A DNA stretch of 64,000 nucleotides from Octopus vulgaris (GCA_951406725.2 OX597824.1:93868001-93932000); one strand, 5' to 3'; counted from the first letter of the stretch, positions 1 through 14,968 are shown. Made by a program: numbers and translations. The notes: generated by a model from the letters alone, not told the origin.

Positions 1-254
1 ACTGTGATAATATGGTAAATAGATATATAACGAGATTTATAAGCATGATATTTCACTTACGCACACACACACACACATACACACACTCAGACACAAAAAC
101 ACAAACACATATCTATCTATCTCTCTATGTATCTACTTCTCTCTCTCTCTCTCTCTCTCTTTCTATATATATATATATATATACCTCTGTGGCAGTGTGT
201 TTACACACACAATAATAATTAGATAATTGCAGCGTGGAAGAGAGACAGAGAAAC

Positions 255-417
<163 letters not shown>

Positions 418-487
418 CAGAGATATGACAGCCACTTTTCCATTTTTTTATATATACAAAAATATAGCGGCGTACACTGTGGGTTCT

Positions 488-537
<50 letters not shown>

Positions 538-1344
538 TATGTATATATTCTTTCCGCCTGTAACTGCATGAATTATGTTGATATGTATAAAAAGATATGA
601 TTCAAATTCTTTGAATATTTTCATTTATGCATTCGGGAATCTGTTTAACTGCCTTGGATTTGCGTTTTCAATTTTCCCTACTTTATCTTTTCGCATTGGC
701 CCTCTAAGAGCACTCCGTAAATAGCCCAAAACATACTAAATACATATTTATGAAGATGTATCTATATATATATGTGTGTGTGTATGCATGTATGTGAATT
801 TATACAACATATATGCAAAATTGAATACATAAAGACATGCGTGCGTACACACGTACACATGCACACGCACACACTCTCACACACACATTCATTCATCGAT
901 GAAGGTGTAAAACGCACATGGAAAGAAAACACAATGAACTTCCCAAAATATGTGCCATCACAAAGACGTTCTCTCTCACATACAGCCATACAATTCGCCA
1001 TTACACTTCCTCACCATCATCATCATCATCATCATCATCGCACGCACAAAGCACACAAACGAAGTTAAAACGATTAGTTCCGACGATCTGAGCTCACAGC
1101 GACAACCTAACAAGAAAATAAGAAATTCGATTATGAGCTTCTCCGTTTATACAACATAAAAGACACACCTTGCCACTCAGATTCTTACAGTGTATTCTCA
1201 CCTTTACCTGATGTCTTGTAATCAACAGTTTGAAATTAAATTCATAGAAAATATATTTGATTTAGCGTAGAAAATGAAACAAAAAAATATAAGTGATTTC
1301 TCTTTGGACGTCTTTAAATGAATTGCTGGAATTCTTTTATTCAT

Positions 1345-1857
1345 ATATTTGTTTCTGTCATTTGATTGCGACCATGCTGGAGCAACGCCTTCAGTCGAGT
1401 AAATCGACCCCAGGGCTTTTTCTTTGTAAGCCTAGTACTTATACTATCGGCCTCGTTTGTGACGGGGACGCAGACACACCAGCATCAGCTGTCAAGCGAT
1501 GTAGGATCGCGGTTTCGACTCCCAGACCGGGCGTTGTGAACCAAAACGCCTAAAAGCTCCACGAGGCCCGGGCAAGGGGTGGTGGCGATCCCTGCTGTCT
1601 TCTTTCGCCACATCTTTCTCTCGCTCTTTCTTCTTTTGGCCTGCTCGCTTAGCCAGCGGGGTGGCGTCACTTGAAGGCTAAAACAATGCGAAGTGCATTG
1701 TGACCAGCAATGTGTATCAACATCTGATAGTCGGTCACGGTGATCACGGTGATATATACGACAGGCATAGTTCACCCGAGACTATAGTAGAAGGGACTGG
1801 AACCAGAACCATGTGGTTGGTAAGCAAGCCACTTACCATACAGCCACTCCTGCGCCT
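1345..1857 (-). mobile_element. tRNA-derived SINE family C (CORE-like), interrupted by a family B SINE
   Basis: Reverse complement of head GGCGCAGGAGTGGCTGTATGGTAAG at ~1830-1857 and of tail ...CTCCAGCATGGTCGCAATCAAATGAC at ~1355-1385; matches the plus-strand copy at 61740-62125. Confidence 0.8.
1501..1753 (+). mobile_element. 5'-truncated tRNA-SINE family B (tail type 1)
   Basis: GTAGGATCGCGGTTTCGACTCCCAGACCGGGCG (B-box-like) ... GGTCACGGTGATCACGGTGAT; closely matches 28143-28431. Confidence 0.85.
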
Positions 1858-2205
1858 ACAAATATAATAAGTGTAAAGCTGATTTTCACGGGACACAATT
1901 TATTTCTGGTTACAGTGCACATATATGAACTCAGATGCGAGGAAATCGGTCGGGCAAATACATAGACAAACACATACACATGAATGTGTGTATGCACTCG
2001 CATACAAATATCTACAGACGCACACGCTCATACACACGCGCGCACACACACACAGGCACACACTGTATGCTTTCCCATGAAGGAAAAAATCCAGTAAATG
2101 ATTCGTCAATTTGATTATCTTTCATTTCATAAATACAAGTGCGTCCACAAACACACAGACACATACATAGAAAACGCACACACGCACACAGACTCAAATA
2201 TGTAT

Positions 2206-2258
<53 letters not shown>

Positions 2259-2263
2259 CAGAC

Positions 2264-2298
<35 letters not shown>

Positions 2299-2299
2299 C

Positions 2300-2432
<133 letters not shown>

Positions 2433-2515
2433 GATTGATACATACATACATAGATATGCATGCATATTTATATTCATATGTAAACATATATATACATACA
2501 TATATATGTGTATAC

Positions 2516-2575
<60 letters not shown>

Positions 2576-2651
2576 CATATGCGTGGATACACGGTTAGAT
2601 GTATATAGCAACTGTACAATGATTATATACATATATATATATAAACAGCTG

Positions 2652-2687
<36 letters not shown>

Positions 2688-2719
2688 GGGGGAAACACAC
2701 ACACATAAATGTATGTATG

Positions 2720-2751
<32 letters not shown>

Positions 2752-2849
2752 CGTTGATATATATATATATATATTTATGTGTGTGTATATATAAATATTT
2801 ATATACAGATATATGCTTATATATGCGTTGATATATATATGTGTGTGTG

Positions 2850-2880
<31 letters not shown>

Positions 2881-3438
2881 GTATTTGTGCATGAGTTTAA
2901 AAATAATTTGCTTTACCTAGTTTCCATTATTTATTGTTAAATATACATAATTCTATCGGATATTGCGGAAATATCAATGTAATATTTGTATACATCTATG
3001 CATCTTATATCTTTTTTCGTTCATGTTGCGTTCATGTGGCATTATGTAGGTCTACTTCCTCTACGTTTCCAGGTCAGGTGACCTTATCATAGAAAGGAAC
3101 GACCGCTGAAGAACAGATATTTCTGATCGCTTTGTTTTGAAATTGCTTCCAATATTGTCTTGCAATGGCTTGTAGTATAAGGAGTGTTGTAAATGGTGGA
3201 ATGACACTAATGGGAATGTTTTAATGTATATTCTGTGTTTAGTGGAAAACATCAATAAAATTGCACTTGGGAGGGGAAAAGTAGGAATATCATGGGCGAA
3301 GAACGACGCAAAAGTAAAAAAAAAAAAAAAAAGCCAAAGATTTTTATATGTAAAATAAGAACTTATTTGAAATCCCATCTTGGTTGATGTATATATATAG
3401 TTACATCTGTATATATACATCTGTGTGTGTGTATGTAC

Positions 3439-3539
<101 letters not shown>

Positions 3540-3648
3540 CATTTATATATATATATATATATAATATATATATATATGTGTGTGTGTGTATGTGTGTATA
3601 TGTGTATCTGAGACATTTAGAAATGTAATATTTCTTATTTATATATAC

Positions 3649-3713
<65 letters not shown>

Positions 3714-4305
3714 AATGTATATATATATATGTATATGTATATATTTATATACATATATGTATGTGTGTATGTATATTCCAATACGAGTGTGCGCATATCT
3801 ATTTCAATGTGTATGCTACTTCACGCTGATAGCCACAGGCACTCTCACATCTATATGCGTGTGTGTGTGTGTGGTGCGTGTACACTTGCTCATGCAAGCA
3901 TGAATTTCGGTAACTATTATCATAACTTACTTCATTGTATGGATGAATTAAGTTTAGCTTTAACCTCCCCATTCTTATAAACACCAAGCAGCTATTTAAC
4001 TCCATTTGTGATCGTGTGTGCACCAAACCACACATGAGCGTACGCTTACATTTTCACAGATGCTTGTATGAACGAGCGTACACGCGCCATGCAGCTTACG
4101 CGGGGGCGTTTCTACATCCCTATCCGTTAATGGTTCTTTTCAATATTTTTCTCGCTGCATTGCCTGTACGTTTTTTTTTAACATCTGTGATTTTATTTTT
4201 GATCTTCTACATAAATGAAGATATTTCCTTCGTTTTGCTGATTTTCTTTCGACGAAATGAGAAGATACATTGCGGAACTGTTATTTGAACGAGTTGTGTC
4301 TATTT

Positions 4306-4412
4306 ATCACCCGATGAGACACATCTGCACCGCCGGATGCACATGAATCAGTTGGTAAGCGATCTCACCCGTGAGGGATCGATACTAAAAGTATCGAAAC
4401 AATTGCCGTGAT
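4306..4412 (+). ncRNA. Degenerate hammerhead ribozyme-like motif with long helix II insert
   Basis: ATCAC-CCGATGA-GACAC...GTATC-GAAA-CAATTG-CC-GTGAT: helix I ATCAC/GTGAT and palindromic CAATTG; U16.1 appears mutated to C; (TA)n follows ~50 bp later. Confidence 0.6.
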
Positions 4413-4458
4413 TAATAAAAGATCTCGTATATTCCATCTTGCATCTTTCATTTACCAC

Positions 4459-4511
<53 letters not shown>

Positions 4512-4515
<4 letters not shown>

Positions 4516-4780
4516 ACACATAAATACACTGCAACACAATTTTTTCCTCCATCGGCCATGCCCTATTTAACATTGTCCGAAAACCGATCAAAGACGAAAA
4601 GAATCCTATTACATTTAAACAGGATCTGGGCAAATTTCTACAAGGAATACCAGATAAGCCACCAATACCTGGATACAACTCTCTCAACAAGAACTCCCTA
4701 CTCCCATGGACCATGATATTACAAAACTTGGCTTTAAAAGGACTTAGTAACTCCTGGACCAATCTTTGGTCGGAACACAT
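4512..4780 (+). mobile_element. CR1/L2-group LINE 3' end (ORF2 C-terminus)
   Basis: Translates FSSIGHALFNIVRKPIKDEKNPITFKQDLGKFLQGIPDKPPIPGYNSLNKNSLLPW, the FK..LD.FL..IPD.P..PGY....NSL terminal motif; flanked by (TA)n. Confidence 0.7.
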
Positions 4781-4813
4781 ATATATATACACATGTAAAT
4801 ATATATATATTTA

Positions 4814-4870
<57 letters not shown>

Positions 4871-4873
<3 letters not shown>

Positions 4874-5182
4874 GACAGGCCATGTGAAACTTAGCCGTAA
4901 GGGTAACCTCTCATAAAATTGGTACTCAACGCGTTAGACAGTAGAATATGAGTGATATTATCTCCGTGGTTGCTCCCGACGTAGAAGCTAATTCGTCAAA
5001 GGATTAGCTCATCTGTGTGCAGACGATTCAGTTATGTTTTATACACTGAAGAATCACTATACAACTGTACTAACCACCAAATAAAATTCCACTCAATTCG
5101 TAACCAATCATTGAAATAAATTATATGTCGGGGCATTTGCAAGTGCGCCTGGCGACTGCTGTTTGTCTGCGTATATATGGGT

Positions 5183-5186
<4 letters not shown>
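4871..5186 (+). mobile_element. Probable solo LTR
   Basis: 316-bp island starting TGTGAC and ending GTTACA (imperfect terminal IR, TG..CA), with internal AATAAA, flanked by TATAT/TATAT inside (TA)n. Confidence 0.65.
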
Positions 5187-5264
<78 letters not shown>

Positions 5265-6323
5265 CATATATATAAATACATATATATACATACATTTATA
5301 TAAATATATATATATACAAATACACGCACATTTATATACATACATTAATATATACATATTTATATATACACATATATACATATACAAATACATAGATACA
5401 TATATAAATATGCCCATATAAAATATATACATATATTATATACGTACATCCACACATACATATATATATATGTATTTGTATATACATTTACATGTATATA
5501 TATATATGTATATGTATATATATGTATATATATATATATGTATATACATCTGTACATACGTGCATGAACGCATTAGCGTGGTTGTTGTGCTATCCGCTTG
5601 TTCAGTCGTGCATGTTAAACTAAAACAAGTATCAACAACAATAACAACAACAACTAAAACAGCAACACCAACACCAGCAACAACCAAAACCGTCAAACAC
5701 TTCAAATAGTAATAACAATTGAAGAGAACAATCGCTTAAAAGTTTGACTCAAAGTCTTTTGACTTCATAACAAAAATTACATCGAAAAACGTAGAAGAAC
5801 ATCAAGAAACGCTGAAAGCTAAATGATTAGTGTTGTGTGGAAATTTCCTTGTGAAATGGTAAGATGTTGCGACAATTAAATAAAAAGGCAAAGCTAAATC
5901 GAATAAAAGAACCTGGCTATTCTCTTTTGGTTCTGTTTTCTGTTGTACATTTTAATTGCATTTTCTTTTTTTTTTTTTTTCTGTTTGTTTCATTTTCGCT
6001 TTTCTTCCTTCTTGACTTTCTTTTCTTCTTGGAGGTCAGCGAAAGATACAAGCAAGGAAGTCTACATTCGCAACCACGCACACAGACTCGTGTGCACATA
6101 CGCAGAGAAGGACTCACGGCGCACGTGCACGTAATACTTACGCATATAACATGTACGTGCTGCACATTATCTGCCTTCACATGCACGTGCGTACATGCAA
6201 GCATGTGTACAATGGAGTACAGCCATGTCTACATACTTAGGCACACAGCCACGAATACATAAGAACGAGTACAGGAAATATATATATATATATATAAATA
6301 TACGCTGATAGATAGTAATATAT

Positions 6324-6408
<85 letters not shown>

Positions 6409-7005
6409 CATAAACGCTGGTAGATAATGATATATACATATATACATAAATGCATACATACATACATGTATAAATACATATATATTTATATATTTACAAG
6501 CGTGCATATACAGGAATAGTATACATTTTTGTACATCTTATATATATATAAATAATAAAAGATAGACAAGGAGATAGGTAGATAGATAGAGAGGAAGAGA
6601 GAGAGAGAGAGAGTTATATATATACGTATATATACATACACACCTACACACATACACACACGTATTATATATATATATATATATATATAAACATATATGC
6701 ATATAAGTAGTTATGCATCTATGCATTTCTGTACATATGTAATGTATGTATATATTTATGCATGTATGTGTGTGTGCATATGTGTATGTATGTATGTATG
6801 TATGTATTTACGTATGTATATATGTTTGTGTGTGTTCGTATATGTATGTATGTAGACATGTGTGTATGTATGTATTGGAAGAAGGTGACCGATAAATGGC
6901 TAGACGAATTCAAGTAGGGAAAATCATCGAAGCTACACTAATTGCACTGTAAAATGTAATTTACAAATAGATGAAGGGTGATGCTGGGTACTCGGTGTGG
7001 CCTGT

Positions 7006-7045
<40 letters not shown>

Positions 7046-7734
7046 CACACACACATATATATGTATGCCGTGTGTGTGTACATGTTTCGAGACTTATTGC
7101 TGTATATTCGACGCATACAAAGTGTGTGTGTGTGTGTGTGTCGCACTAAGACATTATAGAGACAAATAAAATATATATTTATTGTGTAAACCTATAAAGA
7201 TATATAGAGTTTCTTTTTGATAATTATACTTAAATTATCAAAGCCATTTCCTGTATGAGAGAAAGAACAACATAGACACCCACAATTACAAACGCAGAAA
7301 CACACACACACAATACACACACACACATATACGACAGCGACTTTACACGCAAAACAGAATATATATATATAGAGATATATATTTTCACTAATGTCCATAT
7401 ATCCCGATATAGAAAAGAACATTCGCACATACATGTATACAGTTCTATATATATATGTATATATATATGTGTATGTGTGTGTGTGTGTGTTTGTAAATGC
7501 TTGTGCAGATAAGTAAATACTTATGTAGAGAGATAGAACAACGTTGACTGATTAATTGCTTCAGTGATAGATATGACAATCGATAAACACAGATTTAGAC
7601 ATAGGGAAGTCACGTGTGTCGATAGGTATATATATATATATACATATATATATGTATACATATATATATATAAATGTATAAATGTGCGTATATACCTATA
7701 TATACATAAACACACGCACTCACACACACACACA

Positions 7735-7788
<54 letters not shown>

Positions 7789-7807
7789 GTGTGTGTGTGT
7801 GTATATA

Positions 7808-7900
7808 TTTAAAAATATAAGTTTATGAAAGAATGGAGTTGAACGACTTGTTAACTTGTTAACGTTCAACTCCATTCTTTCATAAACTTATATTTTTAAA
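7808..7900. repeat. Perfect 38-bp inverted repeat with 17-nt spacer
   Basis: 7808-7845 TTTAAAAATATAAGTTTATGAAAGAATGGAGTTGAACG is the exact reverse complement of 7863-7900. Confidence 0.95.
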
Positions 7901-8044
7901 ATAAACATACAAATTTCCGCACGAAAGCACGTAGACTAAGCCCTAGGGACGTAACTTCAACCGTGTTCTTTCTGATGTGAATTTGCTACCCAGGTATCGG
8001 TTATCCTTCGAATTATCCTTAATAAGATAATTCATTCAACTACT

Positions 8045-8078
<34 letters not shown>

Positions 8079-8389
8079 GTATGCAGAGTGTATATGGGGA
8101 TGTTTATTTTATCTATTTCTCCGTAGGTCCAAAAAACAAAATGGTGACCATCCTTAGTCGATCTTCGAAGTTCTTCAAATCTTATTGGGCTTTCCTCATA
8201 GGGGTCTGCGTTAATTCGATCAATCCCTAAGACGCATGCAGTCAGTCTAGTTATATAGTCAACACATCCAGTAGCTACAGTGTAGTGTTGTTTCGAATTT
8301 GGAGACTGTGAAGAGACTAACACTTTTGGCATACACATATGTGTATGTGTGTGTGTGCGTAGACACACGAGTGGCTGTGTGGTAAATAG

Positions 8390-8581
8390 CGTATGTATCG
8401 TTGGCGATTTCCTTTCTCCGTTTTCCCTTCTTCCGACTTTTTCTGTATTTCTGATGAAGAGCTTTGCTCGAAACGTGAAATCCTCTTTCTTTTCTCTCCT
8501 TTTCTGAGCGTCCAATATTGCAGTACTTGTACCACGTCCCCGCGTTGTTGCTTTTTCTTGCTTGTTCATGTTTGGATTGAC

Positions 8582-8584
<3 letters not shown>
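8390..8584 (+). mobile_element. Penelope-like 3' terminal (pLTR) remnant with hammerhead motif at 8447-8481
   Basis: ATTT-CTGATGA-A-GAGC-TTT-GCTC-GAAA-CGT-G-AAAT (cleavage position is G, so probably inactive), then TTCTGAGCGTCCAAT... and (TA)n; same family as 28520-28726 and 33655-33790. Confidence 0.75.
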
Positions 8585-8640
<56 letters not shown>

Positions 8641-8658
8641 TTTATTTTTTAACAAATG

Positions 8659-8694
8659 TGTCCGACGAACGGGAACGTGAAACTCCGAGTAACA
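8659..8694 (+). ncRNA. Minimal hammerhead ribozyme motif (CCGA core)
   Basis: TGT-CCGACGA-ACG-GGAA-CGT-GAAA-CTCCGAG-TA-ACA: helix I TGT/ACA, helix II ACG/CGT, helix III ACTC/GAGT; lies in a ~160-bp island between two (TA)n tracts. Confidence 0.7.
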
Positions 8695-8796
8695 GCTTTT
8701 GTTAAATTTCTGCTGCTTTTAAATAACGCATATTACTCTACCTCTGGTATTTGAGTACTCTTTTTTCCACCTTGTTTCACATTTATGTGTTTACTC

Positions 8797-8837
<41 letters not shown>

Positions 8838-8880
8838 GTATATGTATATGTATATGTATATATATATATATATGTCTGTG

Positions 8881-8953
<73 letters not shown>

Positions 8954-9005
8954 TATACATTTCATAAATTGATAGATAGATAGACAGTCAGACAAATAGA
9001 TAGAC

Positions 9006-9120
<115 letters not shown>

Positions 9121-9141
9121 TATATTGATAGACATATAGAC

Positions 9142-9178
<37 letters not shown>

Positions 9179-9494
9179 GGCAGACAGGCAGACAGGCAGG
9201 CAGGCAGACAGACAGATAGATAGATATACAGATGGACAGCCTATACTGGGTTAGAGAAGCCTAGAAAGACAGCGTTAGATGTAGGTGAATAGATTATCTT
9301 AAAATTAGAAAGAGACGCCACAAAGCGTCTCATATATGTGTGTGTGTGTAAATGTGTGTATTTCCGTGCGCATGGGCATAATAGAAAGAAAGCTATGGAT
9401 AATAAAAAAAAACATCGTGTGATGCATTTGTCAGTGAACCTTGAAAAATGGACATATTATGTCTATAAAATATCATCAAAGTCATCTTCCGCCT

Positions 9495-10055
9495 CATCAT
9501 CATCATCATCATTAATTTTGTTATTATTATTATCATCATCATTATCATCGCCTTCATTGTCATCATCATCGTCGTCTTGGCTCTCATCCCCAGCAACATC
9601 ATCCTCAACATTATCAAAATAATCATCATCATCATAATCGTCATCATCATTGTCATCATCATCATGCTTACACTCATCATCTACATCATCATCATCATCA
9701 TCACCATGGTCGTTATCATCATCATCATCATCATCGTCGTCGTCATCATCATCATCATCATCACCAGTAGCAGCAGCACCACCACCACCACCGTCGCCAT
9801 CTTCATCATCACCATCACCATCATCATCATCATCATCATCACCACCATCATCATCACCATCATCATCATCATCATCACCATCACCATCATCATCATCATC
9901 ATTAATCATCATCGTCAGCCTCTTTATGGTCGTCGTCGTCGTCGTCATCCACATTTTTTTCAACATCATCACCATCATCATCTCCACTATCTTCACTTTC
10001 CACCACCTCCCCTTCCTCCTCACCAGCATCATCATCATCACCATCATCATTATCA
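9495..10055. repeat. Degenerate (TCA)n/(CCA)n trinucleotide array
   Basis: Imperfect CAT/CAC/CGT repeats; source of the poly-D/I/S/M ORFs. Confidence 0.95.
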
Positions 10056-10839
10056 ACAGCAGCGGCAAACATTCTTGTGTTTTTTTGTTCTTTTTTACCT
10101 ATTCCGTTTCAACTACTCACTATATAACAAACCGTTCCGGCTCAATAGTCTGAGACTTAGGAAAATGTCTGCAACATCAATTTCAGCATCGGAACAGGAT
10201 ATTAACGAGTCGGGTTGGAGTGGGGGGCCCCAGGTCACGGCGGAGTGTGGGTTGCGAGATAATAGCAATACAGGTATATTAATGAGGTTATTTCATGTTT
10301 TATATTTTATTTATCCTGATGTAAACATTGTGATAACTTAGAGTGTTCTATGTGGTTTTGGAATAACTGAAGAATTTCTGAATTCTTTGAAGCATGGCGA
10401 ATCCAAGCGAAGGAATTTCTGCGGTAAGATAGCTTACGGTACGGTCTTTGGTTTATTTGTAAGATTGCACAGGAGAAAGGAGGGCATCGTGTAACAAGGC
10501 TCTGGAATCAATTCTGCTACTTGTCTCGTCCGGAGAGACCGGAATTGCATCTAAGAGAAGAGGAATTTGGGGCAGAAGAAGAATTTGGGGGCTTTGTCTT
10601 TTAGAAGAAGACGAAGCCAAGAATGTTCGACATGTTTCTGTTACTCAAAAATCGTGTTGTTGCTGATTGCGGCGGCGGCGGTGATTGTGGTGGTAGTGGT
10701 GGAGGCGGCGGCGGTGGTGGTGGTGGTGGGGCTGGTGGGGGTGGGGGTGGGGGTGTTGGTGGGGGTGGTGGTACATCACCCAAAGAACGACAGGGAAATG
10801 TACTCGCCACAAATATAGTGAAGTACTTGGTTTCATGCA

Positions 10840-11158
10840 TGGAGGCACAACGGCCCAGTGTTTAGGGCAGCGAAGTCGCGGTCGGAGGGTCGCAGTTTCT
10901 CTTCCCTGACCGGGCTTTGTGTGTGTTTATTGAACGAAAACACCTAAAAGCTCCATGAGGCTCCGGCAGGGGGTGGTTGCGACCCCTGTTGTACTCTTTC
11001 GCCCCAACTTTCTCTCACTCTTTCTTCCTGTTTCTTTAGTAACGCTGCAATGGACCGGCGTCCTGTCCAGCTGAGTGGGAACACATATGCCATAGAAACC
11101 GGAAAACCGGGCCCATGAGCCTGGCTAGGCTTGAAAAGGGACGCATAAATAAATAATA
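10840..11158 (+). mobile_element. tRNA-SINE family B (tail type 2, V-domain-like)
   Basis: Head GGAGGCACAACGGCCCAGTGTTTAGGGCAGCG, body shared with the 28143 copy, then CTGCAATGGACCGGCGTCCTGTCCAG (V-domain-like) and an A-rich AAAT tail. Confidence 0.8.
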
Positions 11159-11593
11159 AGGTGGTTTATGCAACGGGAAAATGTTAATGAAATCGCCACT
11201 GACAAAACGACAAACGCATTTTCTAAACTGCATGCATATTTTATAGACATACACAATCCCAAATCCTAACAACATGAATAATCTCTTATCAGATATAATA
11301 CTAATCAAAACGTAATGTGGAATGAAAGGAAACCAGCCGAGAACATTCCTAAAGCCAAAAATATCCGAAATTTAAATAAGATAATTAAATGAGACAACAT
11401 ATAAAGAAAACACAAATAAGGGAGAAAGACAAATAGCGATAAAAAAAAAGAGTAAGATTTGGAAGCCACGATGATAGAATTAACATTTACATTGCAAGAA
11501 ATACAAATACGAAACGACAATAAGCTAAACACTAGAAGCCCATAGAATATTGAGGAAGATAAGACAAACCAGAGCAACACAGAGGAAATATGG

Positions 11594-12050
11594 ATGAAAA
11601 CAAATATGAAGGAGATTTTGAAAAAAGAAAATGTGAAATGTGGAAGTCAAGAACATAATATTAGCCTGAATTTGGGAATAAAATTAAAGAATATAACGAC
11701 AAAATTACATCTCAAGTATAATAGCGATGGTGCATATTATTTTCGTCATTTCTTAGAGTTGAATAAATGTTTAATTTATGGGCCTGAAGAGAACAATACG
11801 AAGATGAAATACCAAAGAGGAAGAATAAACATGGCAGAGATTTGCATTGAGTAGAAATGGCGAGATTAACAAGGTCGGAAAAGAGAGAAATCTGTTTGAA
11901 AAGGAACAAAAGTGGCCCTCACAACTGAGAAGAGCATCAATATCACCATATTAAATGAAATGATGTATGCAGAATCTATTATTACTTGAAAAGCTAAGTA
12001 AATATTGACACGGTGGGATGTAAGATCCCAGGCAAAAATATGAAAAACAG
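11594..12050 (+). mobile_element. Highly decayed RTE-like LINE fragment
   Basis: CLIYGPEE...RINMAEICIE...RLTRSEKR resembles the RTE LLYGSE.W...I.AAEM...TR.D+.RN region; many disruptions. Confidence 0.4.
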
Positions 12051-12229
12051 AGGAAAGATTTAAAAATATAGATAAAGGTTGCAGGTATGGTTTTGCTTCT
12101 GCTCGCTTTGTGACACAGTGGTTTCGGGTTCAAGGTACCATGATATGGCCATAAATAAACCAACATCGATTTTCAGTTACACAGAGCAACTGACACAAAC
12201 TTTATCACTCTAAATCAATTTCATACAAT

Positions 12230-12544
12230 GTGGAGTCACATAGCCTAGTGGTTAGAGCAGCGGACTCGCGGTCGAGGGATCGCGGGTTCGAATCTCAGAA
12301 CGGGCGCTGTGTGTGTTTTATGAGCGAAACACCTAAGCTCTACGCGGCTCCAACAAAAGGTAATGGCGAAACTTCTGCTGACTCTTTCGCCACAACTTTC
12401 TCTCACTCTTTCCTCCTGCATCTTGCAGCTCACCTGCGACGGACCGGTGTCCCGTCCAGGTGGGGAACCTATACGCCAAGGAAAGCGGAAAACCGGCCCT
12501 TATGAGCCAGGCATGGCTTGAAAAGGAACAAACAAAAACCAAAA
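12230..12544 (+). mobile_element. Full-length tRNA-SINE family B with TSD
   Basis: A box TAGCCTAGTGG, B box GGTTCGAATCTC, V-like CTGCGACGGACCGGTGTCCCGTCCAG; 14-bp TSD CAATTTCATACAAT at 12216-12229 and 12545-12558. Confidence 0.9.
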
Positions 12545-13474
12545 CAATTTCATACAATATACATGAACTGGTACGTTAAAATTTGTTTAAACACGGAATA
12601 GAATTACCAAAGAACGGTTTGGTTGTTATTTCTAGCAGATCAAGCTACAGTAAAGACCTTTCCTTCGTTATCTCTCTACGACTGATACTATCAGTTGTGC
12701 TGAGATGAGAAACCATTTTATATGCATGTTATAAATACGTCGGCTATCAACTGGTAAAAAGATATCTTTGCAGATACGATAAACGCCAATGAGATATAAG
12801 TTACAGTGTCTATGTTTGCTCAATCTCTCTAAATATAATTATTAATATTTATTCCATGTGTTTATCAGTATGAGAGATCTCGATTTCGGATGCATTTAGC
12901 ACAGAAGTCTTGCGAACAATAAGCTGTTGTTGTTTACATACAGTTAATAATGTTTTGTGAAATCAGTCTATGACGTGTATTGAGATAGAATAATAGATTT
13001 CGGCGTATCATATCAAGTCATATCACAGACATACTACACACACATACACAAGCACGCACGCACACACACAGACACACACACACACACACAAGCCCGCAGC
13101 CTCGCACATGCACACACGTGCACAGACATATATTCATACAATCATTTGTTTATTTATTCTTGTATATGTGTGTGTGTGTGTGTGTATGTGTGTGTGTGTG
13201 TGTGTATGCGTATGCATATATATATGCACACGCATATATACATATATATATAAATCTTTAAAATCTTTAGAAATGTTTTAGTTTCCAAACTGCGGCCATG
13301 CTGGGGCAACACCGTTCACAATGCTACACCATTATTTGAAACCCCGTCTGATACGTAGAATTTGGTCAAAGAGGGAGTTTGATGCCGCTACGCTAATCTG
13401 CGTTTCTTACTGTGAGGTAGGCTCGTCTGGAAGCCTTGACAGAAAGAAATCCTGTTTTGTTTTAAACAGACATC

Positions 13475-13583
13475 TACACCATGCATCTCAGGACCTCCGT
13501 AATGCCATGATGGACCGTGAAGTCTCGCGTAGCATGGTGAACTCCATTGTCTCGACCACGGTCGAACAATGATGATGATGATG
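13475..13583 (+). mobile_element. RTE-like LINE extreme 3' end
   Basis: QDLRNAMMDREVSRSMVNSIVSTTVEQ* followed by a (TGA)n tail, resembling the A.DR..WR terminus. Confidence 0.65.
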
Positions 13584-13800
13584 ATCTCAGGCATTTTGGA
13601 AGGATATTGGAGAACTGTGGGCCCATGAAACCCAAGCTGTTGCAGTATCTGTTCCTCTATTTTGATGGCGATGTTGGGATCTGTGACGCCCCGTTCTGTT
13701 GTTTGGTACAAGGCTTTCCAGGTGTTTCCAAATGTATATCACTGCATACCTTGTTGAGAATAGACTCGGTGTATTTACACCTTTCTGTCTACAGCGAGAA
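13584..13800 (-). mobile_element. CR1-like LINE fragment
   Basis: Minus strand reads RNRYCNSLGFMGPQFSNILPKCLR, similar to the G..LFN.LP..LR motif and to the motif at ~4550. Confidence 0.55.
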
Positions 13801-13972
13801 ATTTTCTCCGTTACAAAATAGAGTCAGTGGCTTTCTTATGAGTTCCGATGTGTTTCAAGTATATTAGAACTAGTAACAGGTTTGTATTTCTACACATCAC
13901 TGATTAGTAGGTCTGTGTGTATATGTGTGTACACAATTATCAATGTAGATATAGATAAATAGATAGACAGAC

Positions 13973-14119
<147 letters not shown>

Positions 14120-14150
14120 AAGATAGATAGATATACAGACAGACAGACAG

Positions 14151-14183
<33 letters not shown>

Positions 14184-14184
14184 T

Positions 14185-14343
<159 letters not shown>

Positions 14344-14914
14344 CAGACAGATAGATAAACATGTGTGTGAGTGGAGAGAGAGAGAGAGACGTATATATAG
14401 ATAGATAGACAGGAAACTACTGCGTATGTGGAGGGGCGAACATATGTGTGCTAACATTTTTTTTTCTTTGTCTCTTTTTTAATAAATTCTTTTAAGTGAA
14501 CTATAAACCAATTTCTATTGCTAAATGGTCAGACATAATAAATTTCTATTACCACTGTAGAACCTCACAGCTTTGCTATAAGCCTGAACACAAAAAGCAT
14601 AAATGCTATTCTTGGAACTACCAAGACTACTGTTGCCAATTGTTTTTGTTTCTTGATGCAAGCATAGCTGCGGGGTTAAGATGCTCGCTCCGCAACTAAC
14701 TGGTTTCCGGTTCTGTCCCACTATAGTTCCAAACCAACCGTTGCAAGCGAATTAGGTTGACGGGGCCTGAGGTGATGCGTGATGTACATTTATATAAGAC
14801 CCACGTTAGACTCCTCACTCGTATCATTATCGAACCAAGAGATTAACTACGGTCTGTCCATAGTACTTAGCGTTACCTGACGCTCTTTTGTTCTTCTAGA
14901 TACCATTACATCTC

Positions 14915-14968
<54 letters not shown>

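Noticed and set aside
9463-10341. Long poly-D/poly-S/poly-I ORFs
   Set aside because: An imperfect (TCA)n array open in several frames on both strands.
12230-12305. tRNA-like sequences (also 10840, 21925-21994, 28143)
   Set aside because: These are SINE heads continuous with repeat bodies; no proper acceptor stem is evident.
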